Origin: an uncultured delta proteobacterium | GTDB taxonomy: Bacteria > Desulfobacterota > Binatia > DP-6 | Direction of reading: 5' to 3' | NCBI GenBank assembly: GCA_963815115.1 | Contig: CAWFFN010000007.1 | Coordinates: 96,001-160,000, forward strand | Length of the DNA stretch: 64,000 nt | In this document: in pieces, positions 39,826 to 54,343 of the stretch | Layout of the letters: the number at the start of each line of letters is the position of its first letter | Numbering within the stretch: position 1 is the stretch's first letter | Notes under the pieces: model-generated | Database searches by the model: none | Told to the model about the DNA's origin: nothing | The model's input: the letters and a program-made list of their open reading frames with translations, nothing else | Made by a program: the position numbers and the translations under genes

Positions 39826-40814
39826 ATGGCGTTCACCCGGCGTCATCTGCTCGGGCTCGAGGGCGTGCCGAGGGAGGAGATCGTCGCCATCCTCGATACC
39901 GCGGCGTCGTTCAAGGAGATCTCGGAGCGCGACATCAAGAAGGTGCCGGCGCTGCGCGGCAAGACGATCATCAACCTCTTCTACGAGGCCAGCACGCGCA
40001 CGCGGACCTCCTTCGAGATCGCGGCCAAGCGCCTGTCGGCCGACACCATCAACATCAGCGCGTCGAGCTCGAGCGCCAGCAAGGGCGAGACGCTGGCCGA
40101 TACGGCGCGCAATCTCGAGGCCATGAAGCCCGACGCGATCGTCGTGCGCCACCCCGCGTCGGGTGCGTGCGCCTTCCTTGCCCGACACGTCGGCTGCCCC
40201 ATCCTCAACGCCGGGGATGGCTGCCACGAGCATCCCACGCAGGCGCTCCTCGATTGCCTCACCATCCGCGAGCGGCGGGGCGAGATCGCCGGGCTCACGG
40301 TGGCGATCGTCGGCGATCTGCTGCACAGCCGCGTCGGGCGCTCCAACGTGCACGCCCTGCGGACGCTGGGCGCGCGGGTGCGGCTGGTGGGACCGCCCAC
40401 GCTGCTGCCGCCGGAGTTCGCCACCCCCGGCGTGGAGCTGCACTCGCGGCTGGCCGACGGCGTGCGCGACGCCGACGTCATCATGATGCTGCGCATCCAG
40501 CGCGAGCGGCAGGGGGCGAACTTCTTCCCCTCGCTCGAGGAGTACTCGCACTACTACTGCCTCACCGAGGAGATGGTGCGCCTGGCACGCCCGAGGTGAT
40601 CATCCTGCACCCCGGCCCGCTGAACCGCGGGCTCGAGATCGCCAGCGCCGTCGCCGACGGCCCCTACTCGGTGATCATGAACCAGGTGACCAACGGCCTG
40701 GCGGTGCGGATGGCGCTCCTCTACCTGCTCGTCGCGCGCAGCAAGGCCGTGGATGCCGTCGAGCTCGAGCCGGTGACGGAGCCGGTGCGCGGCCGGGGTG
40801 GGGTGCGCGGATGA
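39826..40814 (+). CDS. pyrB: Aspartate carbamoyltransferase, frameshift at ~40590
   Basis: [30 protein letters not shown]; continues in another frame with [10 protein letters not shown]...[11 protein letters not shown]. Confidence 0.92.
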
Positions 40815-42125
40815 GCGGCCGGACGCTCCTGGCCGGCGGGCGCCTGGTCGATCCGCTCGCCGGCACGGTCGGGGCCGAGGATCTGCTGATCGACGACGGG
40901 CGGATCGCCGCGCGCCTCCCGGCGGGCACGCCCGTCGACGACGCCGCGGTGCTCGACGCGCGCGGGCTGCTGGTGCTGCCCGGGCTGGTCGACATGCACG
41001 TGCACCTGCGGGAGCCGGGGCAGGAGTACAAGGAGACGGTCGCGACCGGGGTGGCGGCGGCGCTCGCGGGCGGCTTCACGTCGATCGCCTGCATGGCCAA
41101 CACCGACCCGGTGAACGACAGCGGCGCGGTCACGCGCTTCATCCTGGAGCGTGCGGCGCTGGCCGGCGGCGCGCGGGTCCATCCCATCGGGGCGCTCTCG
41201 CTCGGGCTCGCCGGGGAGCGGCTGGCCGAGATCGGCGAGATGCACCGGGCGGGCATCGTCGCCGTCTCGGACGACGGCCGCCCCGTGATGCACGCCGGGC
41301 TCATGCGCCGGGCGCTCGAGTACACCCGGCTCTTCGACCTCCCCGTCATCGCGCACGAGGAGGACGAGCACCTGTGCGCGGGCGGCGTGATGAACGAGGG
41401 GGCGATGGCGGTCCGTCTCGGGTTGCGCGGGCGGCCGGCGGTGGCGGAGGAGGTGATGGTGGCGCGCGACATGGCCCTCGCCGAGCTCACGCGGCGGCCG
41501 CCTGCACGTGGCCCACGTGAGCACGGCGCGCGCCGTCGAGCTGGTCCGGGACGCGCGTGCCCGCGGCGTCCGGGTCAGCGCCGAGGCCACGCCGCACCAT
41601 CTCGTGCTCACCGAGGAGGCGGTCGGCGACTACGACGCCAACGCCAAGATGGCGCCGCCGCTGCGCACGGCGGCCGACGTCGCGGCGCTGCGTGCCGGCC
41701 TGGCGGACGGCACGATCGAGGCCATCGCGAGCGACCACGCGCCGCACCACCGGGACGAGAAGGACGTCGAGTTCGATCAGGCGGCGAACGGCATCGTCGG
41801 GCTCGAGACGGCGCTGGCGCTGGGGCTGCGGCTGGTTGCCGACGGGGTGCTCGACCTGCCCGCGCTGGTGGAGCGCATGAGCGCGGGCCCGGCACGGCTC
41901 CTCGGCCTGCCCGCGGGGACGCTCGCCGTCGGCGCCGCGGCGGACGTGACCCTGGTCGATCCGGAGCGGCGCTGGAAGGTGTCGGCGCGCGCCTTCCGGT
42001 CGAAGGCGCGGAACACGCCGTTCGAGGGCTGGGAGCTCGTCGGCCGCGTGACGGCGGTGCTGGTCGGCGGTCGCCTGGTGTACGACGAGCGGCCGGCGAT
42101 GCCGACGCTGCGGGTGGCGTCCTGA
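40811..42125 (+). CDS. pyrC: Dihydroorotase, frameshift at ~41492
   Basis: [18 protein letters not shown]; then HVST, EATPHHL, KMAPPLR, ASDHAPH in second frame. Confidence 0.92.
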
Positions 42126-43269
42126 TGGCGCATGGCACCGCCATCCTCGCCCTGGCCGACGGGACGATCTTCCGTGGCCGTGCCTTCGGCGCCGTCGGGC
42201 GAGGCGGCCGGCGAGCTCGTCTTCAACACGAGCATGACGGGCTACCAGGAGATCCTCACCGACCCGTCGTACGAGGGGCAGCTCGTCGCCATGACCTACC
42301 CCGAGATCGGCAACGTCGGCGTGAACCGCGAGGACGTCGAGTCGCGCCGCCCCTTCGTGCGCGGGTTCATCGTGCGCGAGTACCGCGAGGTGCCGCTCCT
42401 CGTGGCGGGCCGAGCAGAGCCTGGGCGCGTACCTCGCGCACTGGGCATCCCGGGCATCGAGGGCATCGACACGCGTGCGCTGGTGCGCCACCTGCGCGAC
42501 CACGGGTCGCAGGAGGCGGTGCTGTCGAGCGTCGACCTCGACCCGGCGCGGCTGGTGCAGCGGGCGAAGGACACCCCCGGCCTCGTGGGCCGCGACCTGG
42601 TCAAGGAGGTCACGTGCGCCGAGCCGTACGACTGGGAGCAGGGTCCCTGGAAGCTCGGCGGCTACCTGACGGCGGACGAGATCGCGGCCGTGCTCGGCCG
42701 GCCGTCGTTCAAGGTCGTCGCCTACGACTACGGCATCAAGCGCAACATCCTGCGCAACCTGGTGGGAGCCGGGTGCGCGGTGCGCGTCGTGCCTGCCACG
42801 ACGCCGGCGCGCGAGGTGCTCGCGCTGCGCCCCGACGGCGTCTTCCTCTCCAACGGCCCCGGCGATCCCGACGCGGTCGCGGGCGCGCCGGAGAACGTGG
42901 CCCGGCTGCTCGGCAGAGGTGCCGGTGTTCGGCATCTGCCTCGGCCATCAGATCCTCGGCCTGGCGCTCGGCGGGCGTACCTACAAGCTCAAGTTCGGCC
43001 ATCACGGCGGCAACCAGCCGGTGAAGGACCTGACGACCGGCAAGGTCGAGATCACCGCCCAGAACCACGGCTTCGCCGTCGACGTGGATTCGCTCGGCGA
43101 TCTCGCCGAGCTGACGCACGTCAACCTCAACGACCAGACCGTGGAAGGGCTGACGGTGAAGGGCCAGCCCACGTTCTCGGTGCAGTACCATCCCGAGGCG
43201 TCGCCCGGCCCGCACGACGCGCGCTATCTGTTCCGCCGCTTCGTCGAGATGATGGAGCGCTGGCGGTGA
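42125..43269 (+). CDS. carA: Carbamoyl-phosphate synthase small subunit, several indels (~42198, ~42396, ~42441, ~42918)
   Basis: [50 protein letters not shown]. Confidence 0.92.
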
Positions 43270-43298
43270 GCCTGCGGCTCGCCCCCTGGTGACGATCG

Positions 43299-46518
<3,220 letters not shown>

Positions 46519-46522
<4 letters not shown>

Positions 46523-48957
46523 CCGCCGGCGGCGGGCCGCTCGCCGAGCTGCTGGACGCGCTCGCTCCGCCGCTCGAGTACCTGGCCGCCGACGGGTTCC
46601 GCCAGGCGGCGCGCACCAGCCTGCCGCTGCGCGCGCTCGCCGAACGCCTGGCGCGGGCGCGGGCCCAGGCGGCACCGGGAGTGGACCGGGCGCTCGGTGA
46701 GCTGGACGAGGTCCTGGCCGCGCTCGGCGGTGCGGCGCCGGATGCCCGCACCGCGCTCCTGCGCCGGGCGCACGAGCTCCTCCCCGCGCTGCGACCCGAG
46801 CGCCGGGACGACCATCGCGCGCGAGAGCGGCCGGTCGATGCGGCGCTCGCCGCCCTCACGCAGCCGGTCGAGACCCTGCCCGCCGTGGGGCCCAAGCGCG
46901 CCGCCGAGCTCGCTCGCTTCGGGCTCACGACGGTGGAGGACGTTCTCTACCACCTGCCGTTCCGCTACGAGGACCGGCGCACCCGGACGCCGCTGCACGC
47001 GTTGCGTGCGGGCGAAGACGTGACCGCCGTCGGTGAGGTGGCCTCGGTGCGCCAGGGTGTGACCGGTCGTCGCGGGCGGCGGGTCCTCGAGGTGGCGCTG
47101 CGCGACGGCACCGGGGCCACCCTGCTGGTCTGGTTCAACCAGGTGCAGTACTTCGCGGGCCGGTTCCGGGTCGGCCAGCGGCTGCTGGTGCACGGCCGCG
47201 TCGAGCCGCCGCTCGGCGCCGGACCGCATCGCATACCCCATCCCGACGTCACGGTGCTGGACGACGAGAGCGACCTCGCGCACCTGCCGCCCGTCGTGCC
47301 GGTCTACGAGAAGCCGACGGCGATGCCGGTCGGCGTCATGCGGCGCATCGAGCAGGCCGCGGTCGATGCCTTCGCCGACCGGGTGCCGGCGGCCGTTCCG
47401 GCCGACGTCGCACGACGCCAGCGGCTGATCGAGCCCGGCCGCGCGCTCCGTCACGTGCACCTGCCGCCGGCCGAGGTCGACCTGGAGGCGCTCGCCGAGG
47501 CTCGCTCGCTGGCGCACCGCTCGCTGATCTTCGACGAGCTGTTCTTCCTCCAGCTCGGGCTCGCGCTCCGGCGCACCGCGGCCGGGCAGGAGCCGGGCAC
47601 CGCGTTTCCGGGCACGGGCAGCCTGGGCGTCTCGCTGCGCGAGCGGCTGCCGTTTCGCCTGACCGGCGCCCAGGAGCGCGCGCTCGCGGAGATCGCGGCC
47701 GACCTCGCCGCGCCGCACCCGATGCGCCGGCTCCTGCAGGGCGACGTCGGCAGCGGGAAGACGCTGGTGGCGCTGCTCGCGGCGCTGCTGGTGATCGACG
47801 CCGGCTGGCAGGCGGCGCTGATGGCCCCGACCGAGCTGCTGGCGGAGCAGCACTTCGAGACGGTGCGGCCGCTGGTCGAGCCGCTCGGCGTGCGGGCGGT
47901 GCTGCTCACCGGAGCGATCAAGGGCCGCGCGCGGCGCGACGCCCTCGCCGCGCTCGAGAGCGGCGCCGCCGCGCTCGCGGTCGGCACCCACGCGCTCATC
48001 CAGGAGGGGGTCGACTTCAACCGCCTCGGCCTCGCCATCGTCGACGAGCAACATCGTTTCGGGGTGCTGCAGCGTGCGGCGCTCCAGCGCCGCGCCGATC
48101 GGCCCGCGGCGGTGGACGTGCTGGTGATGAGCGCCACCCCCATCCCGCGCACGCTGGCTCTCACGCTCTACGGTGACCTGGCGATGTCCACGCTCGACGA
48201 GCTCCCGCCCGGCCGCACGCCGATCGCGACGACGCTCTGCCGCGAGTCGCAACGGGCGCGGCTGGTCGAGCGCCTGCGCGCCGAGGTCGCGGCCGGCCAC
48301 CAGGCCTACGTCGTGTACCCGCTGGTGGAGGAGTCGGACAAGAGCGATCTGCGTGCCGCGACGACGATGGTGCGGGAGCTGGCGGCCGGTCCGCTGGCGG
48401 GCCTGCGGCTCGATCTCGTCCACGGGCGCATGAAGGCCGACGAGAAGGACGCCGTCATGCGCCGCTTCAAGGCCGGTGCCTTCGACGTGCTGGTCTCGAC
48501 CACGGTCATCGAGGTCGGCATCGACGTGCCGAACGCGACCGTGATGGTCGTCGAGCATGCCGAGCGCTTCGGGCTGGCGCAGCTTCACCAGCTCCGCGGG
48601 CGGGTCGGCCGCGGGCAGGCGCCGGGCCATTGCATCCTCGTGGTGCCGGACTGGGTGTCGAGCGACGCCTTCCAGCGCTTGCGCGTCCTCGAGCGCTCGA
48701 GCGACGGGTTCGTCATCGCGGAGGCCGATCTGCGGCTGCGCGGTCCGGGGGACTTCCTCGGCACGCGTCAGGCCGGGCTCCCGCCGTTCCGGGTGGCCAA
48801 CCTGCTGCGCGACACCGCGCTGCTGCGCACCGCGCGCGACGAGGCGGCGCGCTGGCTCGAGCACGACCCCGAGCTCTCGCGGCCCGAGTCGAGGACGGTG
48901 CGCGCCGTGCTGCACCACCGCTGGGCCGGGCGGCTCGAGCTCGCCAAGGTGGGGTAG
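46519..48957 (+). CDS. recG: ATP-dependent DNA helicase RecG (with N-terminal extension)
   Basis: LQGDVGSGKT, DEQHRFG, SATPIPRTL, GLAQLHQLRGRVGR, DLRLRGPG. Confidence 0.96.
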
Positions 48958-48998
48958 GGCTTGGTCGATCCCGAGCGTTCGCGCTACATCCTCGTCGC

Positions 48999-49541
48999 AT
49001 GCATCGACCCTCGCCCATCGTGCTCGCGCTCGGCGCCCTGATCGCGTGCGGAGCGGCCGACCAGGAGCAGCGTACCGCCGCGGTGACCACCACGACCACG
49101 ACGCAGCCGCCGGCCGCCCGCAGCTCGGCGCGCCCCGCCCGCTCGCTCAGCGACACCGAGCGGGCGGCGATGCTGCGCGTCCTCGCCGGCGAGAGTGGGC
49201 CCGTGCGCAAGGTGTGGTTCGCGGTTGCGGCCGGGGACCCGGAGTCGGCGGGGCTGAAGGACGCCTTCGAGGGGGTGTTCAGGCAGGCGGGGTGGGAGAG
49301 CGCCACGCAGACGGTCACCGGGATGTTGCTCAAGCCGGGGCTGAGCATCCTGATCGCGGCCGAGGACCCGCCCTCCTACGTCGCGGTCGCGCAGCAGGCC
49401 CTCGAGTCGACCGGCTTCACGTTCAAGACGGGATCGGGCTATCGCGCCTACTTCGACGAGCGCAGACAGGCCGACCCCAAGTGGCCGGGCATCGAGCTCG
49501 CGCCCGATCAGGAATTCGTGGTCGTCGTCGGCCCGCAGTAA
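48999..49541 (+). CDS. Hypothetical lipoprotein
   Basis: MHRPSPIVLALGALIAC lipobox, Thr-rich linker. Confidence 0.65.
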   Translation: MHRPSPIVLALGALIACGAADQEQRTAAVTTTTTTQPPAARSSARPARSLSDTERAAMLRVLAGESGPVRKVWFAVAAGDPESAGLKDAFEGVFRQAGWESATQTVTGMLLKPGLSILIAAEDPPSYVAVAQQALESTGFTFKTGSGYRAYFDERRQADPKWPGIELAPDQEFVVVVGPQ

Positions 49542-49786
49542 GTGTCGACCCGAGACTGCGTCTCGGGTCGACACGGAAGCGAGCGTGTGGCGTTCGGTGG
49601 CTCTGGCGAACGCCGTGCCGCGGCCGGCGAAGCCGGCGCGGCAAAACGTGGCCCGCACGACGCCCTGGGCTCTCCGGTACGTTTGCCGCGGCGGCTTCGC
49701 CGCCCGCGGCACGACATCCGCACCGTGCATCGAGCCTCACTCTCGCTCTCCGCGTAGCACCGAGACGCAGTCTCGGTGCTACGCGG
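49542..49786. repeat. Four-hairpin palindromic repeat element, copy 1
   Basis: GTGTCGACCCGAGAC-TGC-GTCTCGGGTCGACAC; internal inverted pair of GCCGCGGCCGGC-GAA-GCCGGCGCGGC hairpins; CCGCGTAGCACCGAGAC-GCA-GTCTCGGTGCTACGCGG. Confidence 0.85.
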
Positions 49787-50858
49787 GCTCTTGCTGCGTC
49801 ATGCAGTGCAGCGTCCCGAGCCCCAGCACCAGGTCGACCGCGTGGATGCCGACGACGCAGCGGGTGGGGAACAGATCGGCCAGCGTATGCAGGGCCCGGC
49901 GGTCGGCGGGGTCGTTGAACGTCGGCACGAGAACGACCGAATTGGCGACGTAGAAGTTGGCATAGCTCGCGGGCAGGCGCTGCCCGTCGAACAGGACGGG
50001 GCGCGGCATCGGCAGCTCGACGACGCGCAGGGGCGTGTCGTCCTGGTCGGTCATGTCGCGCAGCCGGTCGCGGTTCTCGCGCAGCTTCTGGTAGTTCTCG
50101 TCGGCGGGATCGTCGCACACGGCGACCGCCACCGTCCGCGGGTCGACGAAGCGAGCGAGGTCGTCCACGTGGCCGTGCGTGTCGTCGCCGGCGATGCCCT
50201 CCCCGAGCCAGAGCACCTTGCGGACTCCGAGGTGCTCCGCCAGCACGCGCTCGAGGTCCCGGCGCCCGAGTCCGGGATTGCGCGCCTGCACCGGGCTCAG
50301 CAGGCACTCCTCGGTCGTGAGCAGGGCGCCGCGGCCGTTCACGTCGATGGCGCCGCCCTCCAGCACGACGCGACGCTGCGCGCCGTCGATGCCGGCGAGA
50401 GGCAGCCAGAGGGGATGGCGCAGGCGTCGCGCGAGGTAGCGGGGCACGGCCGCATCGCGCCGGTGGTCGGGATACTTCGCCCATCCGGTGAATCGCCAGC
50501 CGACCAGCCCCTTCTCGCCGTCGGCACCGCGCACGAAGAGCGGACAGTAGTCGCGGGTCCACGAGCGGTCCGTCGCGACCCGCAGCCAGTCCACGCGGGC
50601 GAGATCGACGCCGGCGCGGCGCAGCACGGCGCGCGCCTGGCGCTCGAGACGCTCGTCGCGCACCAGGATGCGAACCCGCTCGCCGGAGACCAGCTGGCGC
50701 ACGACCTCGGCGTAGACCCAGCGCACCGCCTCGAGCTTCCCGGGTCCGGGCCAGTCGCTGCGCTCGTGCGGCCAGGCGAGCCAGGTGGCGGTGTGGGACT
50801 CCCACTCCGCGGGCATGCGATAGCCCTGCGCCGCGGGCGTGCCCCGGGCGGGCGTCAT
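49779..50858 (-). CDS. aguA: Agmatine deiminase
   Basis: RMPAEWESH..TWLAWP, WTRDY, LEGGAIDVNG, DDTHGHVDD, GTLHCMTQQ. Confidence 0.92.
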   Translation of the reverse strand: MTPARGTPAAQGYRMPAEWESHTATWLAWPHERSDWPGPGKLEAVRWVYAEVVRQLVSGERVRILVRDERLERQARAVLRRAGVDLARVDWLRVATDRSWTRDYCPLFVRGADGEKGLVGWRFTGWAKYPDHRRDAAVPRYLARRLRHPLWLPLAGIDGAQRRVVLEGGAIDVNGRGALLTTEECLLSPVQARNPGLGRRDLERVLAEHLGVRKVLWLGEGIAGDDTHGHVDDLARFVDPRTVAVAVCDDPADENYQKLRENRDRLRDMTDQDDTPLRVVELPMPRPVLFDGQRLPASYANFYVANSVVLVPTFNDPADRRALHTLADLFPTRCVVGIHAVDLVLGLGTLHCMTQQEPA

Positions 50859-51743
50859 GTGTCGAGGAGACGCTTCGAGATGGCAGCGTAGGCGTCGATG
50901 CGCCGGTCGCGCAGGAAGGGCCAGTTGCGCCGGACGTCTTCCTGGTGGGCGCGGTCGCATTCGACGACCAGCACCGCTTCGGCGTCGCGCGGGGCCTCGG
51001 CGACCACGACCCCGAACGGATCGCTCACGAACGACGACCCCCAGAACTCGACGCCGCCACCGGCCGGCCCCTCGTGGCCGACCCGGTTCACCGCGGCGAC
51101 GTAGACGCCGTTGGCGATGGCGTGCGCGCGCTGCATGACCTGCCAGGCGGTCGCCTGGGCCTCGCCGTACTCGGCCTTCTCCCGCGGATGCCAGCCGATG
51201 GCCGTCGGGTAGAAGAGCACGTCGGCGCCCGCGAGGGCCGTCAGCCGGGCCGCTTCGGGAAACCACTGGTCCCAGCAGACGAGCGTGCCGACCTTCCCGA
51301 CGCCTGGTGTCGAAGGCGTTGAAGCCGAGATCGCCGGGCGTGAAGTAGAACTTCTCGTAGTAGAGCGGGTCGTCAGGGATGTGCATCTTGCGGTAGCGGC
51401 CGCGCTCGGCGCCGTCCGCATCGAGGACCAGTGCCGTGTTGTGGTAGACGCCCGCGGCCCGGCGCTCGAAGAGCGAGGCCACGATCGCCACCCCGAGCTC
51501 GCGCGCCACGCGGGCCAGGGCGTCGCTGGTGGGGCCCGGAATGGGCTCGGCGAGGTCGAAGAGCGCCGCGTCCTCGCGCTGGCAGAAGTAGGGCGTGCGG
51601 AAGAGTTCCGGCAGGCAGACGATCCCGGCGCCGCGGGCGGCGGCCTCGCGAATCCGCGTGACGGCGCTGTCGAGGTTGGCAGCGGCGTCGTCGCCCATGC
51701 GCATCTGCACGAGGCCGACCGAGAAGCGCACCGGTGCTCCCAT
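50855..51743 (-). CDS. aguB: N-carbamoylputrescine amidase (nitrilase family), frameshift at ~51303
   Basis: CLPELF, RKMHIPDDPLYYEKFYFTPGD; second frame VCWDQWFPEAAR, YPTAIGWHP, WPFLRDRR. Confidence 0.88.
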
Positions 51744-51844
51744 CGGCGGCGACACTGCCCAGCGCGCGGGGGGCTGTCAACGCGCGCGCCGGGCCGAGCG
51801 CGTGCGCTGGCATCGCCGGCGGGCGCCGGTCTAGGATGCGCGGC

Positions 51845-52984
51845 ATGGACATGTCCTACACGCCCGAGGAAGAGGCCTTTCGCGCGCGAGTCCGCGCCTG
51901 GCTGGAGGAGAACACCCCGGCGCCCGGGTCGCTCGCCGAGGACCTCGAGGCCATGCGGGCCTGGCAGCGCAAGCTGCACGAGGCCGGCCTGCTCGCCGTG
52001 TCGTGGCCGAAGGAGTACGGCGGCGCCGGCCTGTCGCCGATGGAGCAGGCGATCCTGAACGAGGAGCTCGCCCGCGTGCGCGCCCCGGGCGTCGTCAACG
52101 CCATGGCGATCTGGTGGGTCGGGCCCGCGATCATGAAGTACGGCACCGACGAGCAGAAGCAACGGTTCATCCCGAAGATCCTCACCGCGGAGGAGATCTG
52201 GGCGACCGGGTACTCCGAGCCGTCCTCGGGCTCCGACATGGCGGCGGCGAAGACCCGCGCCGAGCGCCAGGGCGACTACTACGTGGTCAACGGCCAGAAG
52301 ATCTGGACCACGCTGGCGCACATCTCGGACTGGTACTTCGTGCTCGTGCGCACCTCGAACGAGTCGAAGTGGGGCGGGCTCTCGCTCATGCTCATGGACA
52401 TGCGCAGCCCGGGGGTCGAGATCCGTCCCATCAGGCAGATCGACGGCGGCACCGAGTTCAACGAGGTCTTCATGACCGACGTGAAGGTGCCGGTCGCGAA
52501 CCTGCTCGGCAAGGAAGGGCAGGGCTGGGAAGTGGTCTCGAGCGCGCTGGTCAACGAGCGCTCCGGCATCGCCGGCAGCATCCGCGGCGACCAGGCGCTC
52601 GACTGGCTGGTCACCACGACGCGCGGCCAGGGGAAGACGAAGGATCCCAACGTGCGGCAGCGGATCGCCGACCTCGCCATCAAGGGGGCGATCATGCGCT
52701 ACGCCGGGATGCGCTCTCTCACCGACTCGCTGCGCGAGCGGCTGAACCCGCACCTCTCGGCCGCCATGAAGCTCATGGGCACGAGCCTCGTGCAGCAGTA
52801 CTCCGAGACGGCGATGGAGATTCTCGGCCCGTACGCCGCGCTCATGTGGGACGAGCACGCGCCGTCGAACGGGCGCTGGGCGCGGCAGTATCTCTACGAC
52901 CGCTCGATGACGATCGCCGGGGGTACGAGCGAGGTGCAGCGCAACATCGTCGCGCAGCGCATCCTGGGCCTGCCGAGGCGGTAG
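51845..52984 (+). CDS. Acyl-CoA dehydrogenase family protein
   Basis: WPKEYGG, YSEPSSGSD, NGQKIWTT, EFNEVF, TIAGGTSEVQRNI. Confidence 0.92.
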   Translation: MDMSYTPEEEAFRARVRAWLEENTPAPGSLAEDLEAMRAWQRKLHEAGLLAVSWPKEYGGAGLSPMEQAILNEELARVRAPGVVNAMAIWWVGPAIMKYGTDEQKQRFIPKILTAEEIWATGYSEPSSGSDMAAAKTRAERQGDYYVVNGQKIWTTLAHISDWYFVLVRTSNESKWGGLSLMLMDMRSPGVEIRPIRQIDGGTEFNEVFMTDVKVPVANLLGKEGQGWEVVSSALVNERSGIAGSIRGDQALDWLVTTTRGQGKTKDPNVRQRIADLAIKGAIMRYAGMRSLTDSLRERLNPHLSAAMKLMGTSLVQQYSETAMEILGPYAALMWDEHAPSNGRWARQYLYDRSMTIAGGTSEVQRNIVAQRILGLPRR

Positions 52985-52986
52985 CA

Positions 52987-53267
52987 GTCCGACCCGAGAC
53001 TCCGTCTCGGCTCGGGACGAACGGCGAGAATGGGGCCTGGTCAACAGTGCGGACGTCGTGCCGCGGCCGGCAAAGCCGGCGCGGCAGACGTGCCGGAGCA
53101 CGAAGCTGTCGCTAACACGCCATATTTGTGGTGGCGCAGGCCAGACCGTCGGGCGTTCCACGTTTTGCCGCGCCGGCTTCGCCGGCCGCGGCATGGCGCC
53201 CAGCCGAGCCCCCACGCCAGACGCTCGCGTTCCGCTTTCGACCCGAGACGAAGTCTCGGGTCGACAC
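52987..53267. repeat. Four-hairpin palindromic repeat element, copy 2 (inverted relative to copy 1)
   Basis: GACCCGAGAC-TCC-GTCTCGG..., the same internal GCCGGC hairpin pair, and TCGACCCGAGAC-GAA-GTCTCGGGTCGACAC. Confidence 0.85.
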
Positions 53268-53268
53268 C

Positions 53269-54312
53269 CTAGAGCGCCAGGTTCACCACCAGCCCGAGCA
53301 CGAACAGGCCGCCCGCCAGCTTGTTGTGGTGGAAGGCGAGGGCCACGTACCACAGCGGCCAGATGCGGTAGCCCGCAGGCGGCGCCGACGGCTTGGGCTC
53401 GCCGTATGCCTTCAGCACGCGCACCAGACGCGGCACCGCCCCGAGCGAGAGCAGCACGCCCCAGCCGAGACAGCCGAAGGCCACGAGCCCCACGACGATG
53501 GGGTAGAAGGCGACCATCAGCGCCTGGTTCAGACGCAGCGAGGCTTGCCGCCCGAGGAGCACCGGCAGGGTGTGGATGCCGCGCGCCGAGTCCTGCTCGA
53601 ACTTGTCGACGTGCTTGCCGATCAGCACGGTCGTGACGCTGATGGCGTAGGGAAGGGTGGCGACCCAGACCCAGGGCGGGATCGATCCCGCGGTGACGTA
53701 GTAGGTGCCGCCGATCATGAGCGGGCCCCAGACCACGAACACGCCCGGCTCGCCGAGGCCGTGGTGCTTCAGCTTGAGCGGCGGGGCGACGTAGAAGACG
53801 CTGATGAAGAGGCCCGCGAGCGCGAACGCCGCCACCGGCCACCCCCGCGCCGACACCAGCGCCAGGAGGATCACGAGGTCGGCGAGGTTGACGGCGGCGA
53901 TGCTGGCCACGAGGCCGCGCTTCGAGATCAGGCCGGAGAGGAGCGGATGCGGCGCGTAGAGCGCCCGCGTGTACTCGCTGGTGTCGACCCCACCGGTGGT
54001 GTCGAACAGGTCGTTGATCATGTTGTTGGCGGCGTGCGCGAGCACCAGCCCGACCAGCGCCAGCGTGAAGTAGCTCCAGCGGGGTGCGGGTGCCGTGGCG
54101 GCGGCGAGCAGCCCGCCGATCAGCGCCGACGTGATGGTCATGGAGAAGACGCACGCGCGGGTGATCAGCAGCCAGCGCGACACGCCGTCGATGGCGCGGC
54201 CCGGGCGCAGGTTCCCCTGCGCGAGGATCGATCGCCAGTTGTCGACCAGACCGGCGAGCCCGGGGCTCGCAACGGCCTCGCCCGGGTTGACCGCCTGCGC
54301 GCGCTCGGCCAT
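53269..54312 (-). CDS. UbiA-family prenyltransferase (MenA-like)
   Basis: HAANNMINDLFD..GVD, PPLKLKHHGLGE, DKFEQDSARGIHTL, multiple TMs. Confidence 0.8.
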   Translation of the reverse strand: MAERAQAVNPGEAVASPGLAGLVDNWRSILAQGNLRPGRAIDGVSRWLLITRACVFSMTITSALIGGLLAAATAPAPRWSYFTLALVGLVLAHAANNMINDLFDTTGGVDTSEYTRALYAPHPLLSGLISKRGLVASIAAVNLADLVILLALVSARGWPVAAFALAGLFISVFYVAPPLKLKHHGLGEPGVFVVWGPLMIGGTYYVTAGSIPPWVWVATLPYAISVTTVLIGKHVDKFEQDSARGIHTLPVLLGRQASLRLNQALMVAFYPIVVGLVAFGCLGWGVLLSLGAVPRLVRVLKAYGEPKPSAPPAGYRIWPLWYVALAFHHNKLAGGLFVLGLVVNLAL

Positions 54313-54343
54313 GGCTCCGGTTTAGGGGGTCGCGTGGCGCGAT

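Noticed and set aside
40811-43024. Apparent PyrC-CarA fusion
   Set aside because: An artefact of frameshifts; pyrC ends and carA starts at 42125 (TGATG overlap).
49779-51755. Apparent nitrilase-agmatine deiminase fusion (658-aa ORF)
   Set aside because: Produced by one frameshift at ~51303; correcting it gives separate aguB and aguA with overlapping stop/start.
49542-53267. Possible CRISPR array suggested by the palindromic repeats
   Set aside because: The units are inverted rather than regularly spaced direct repeats with unique spacers, and no cas genes are present.
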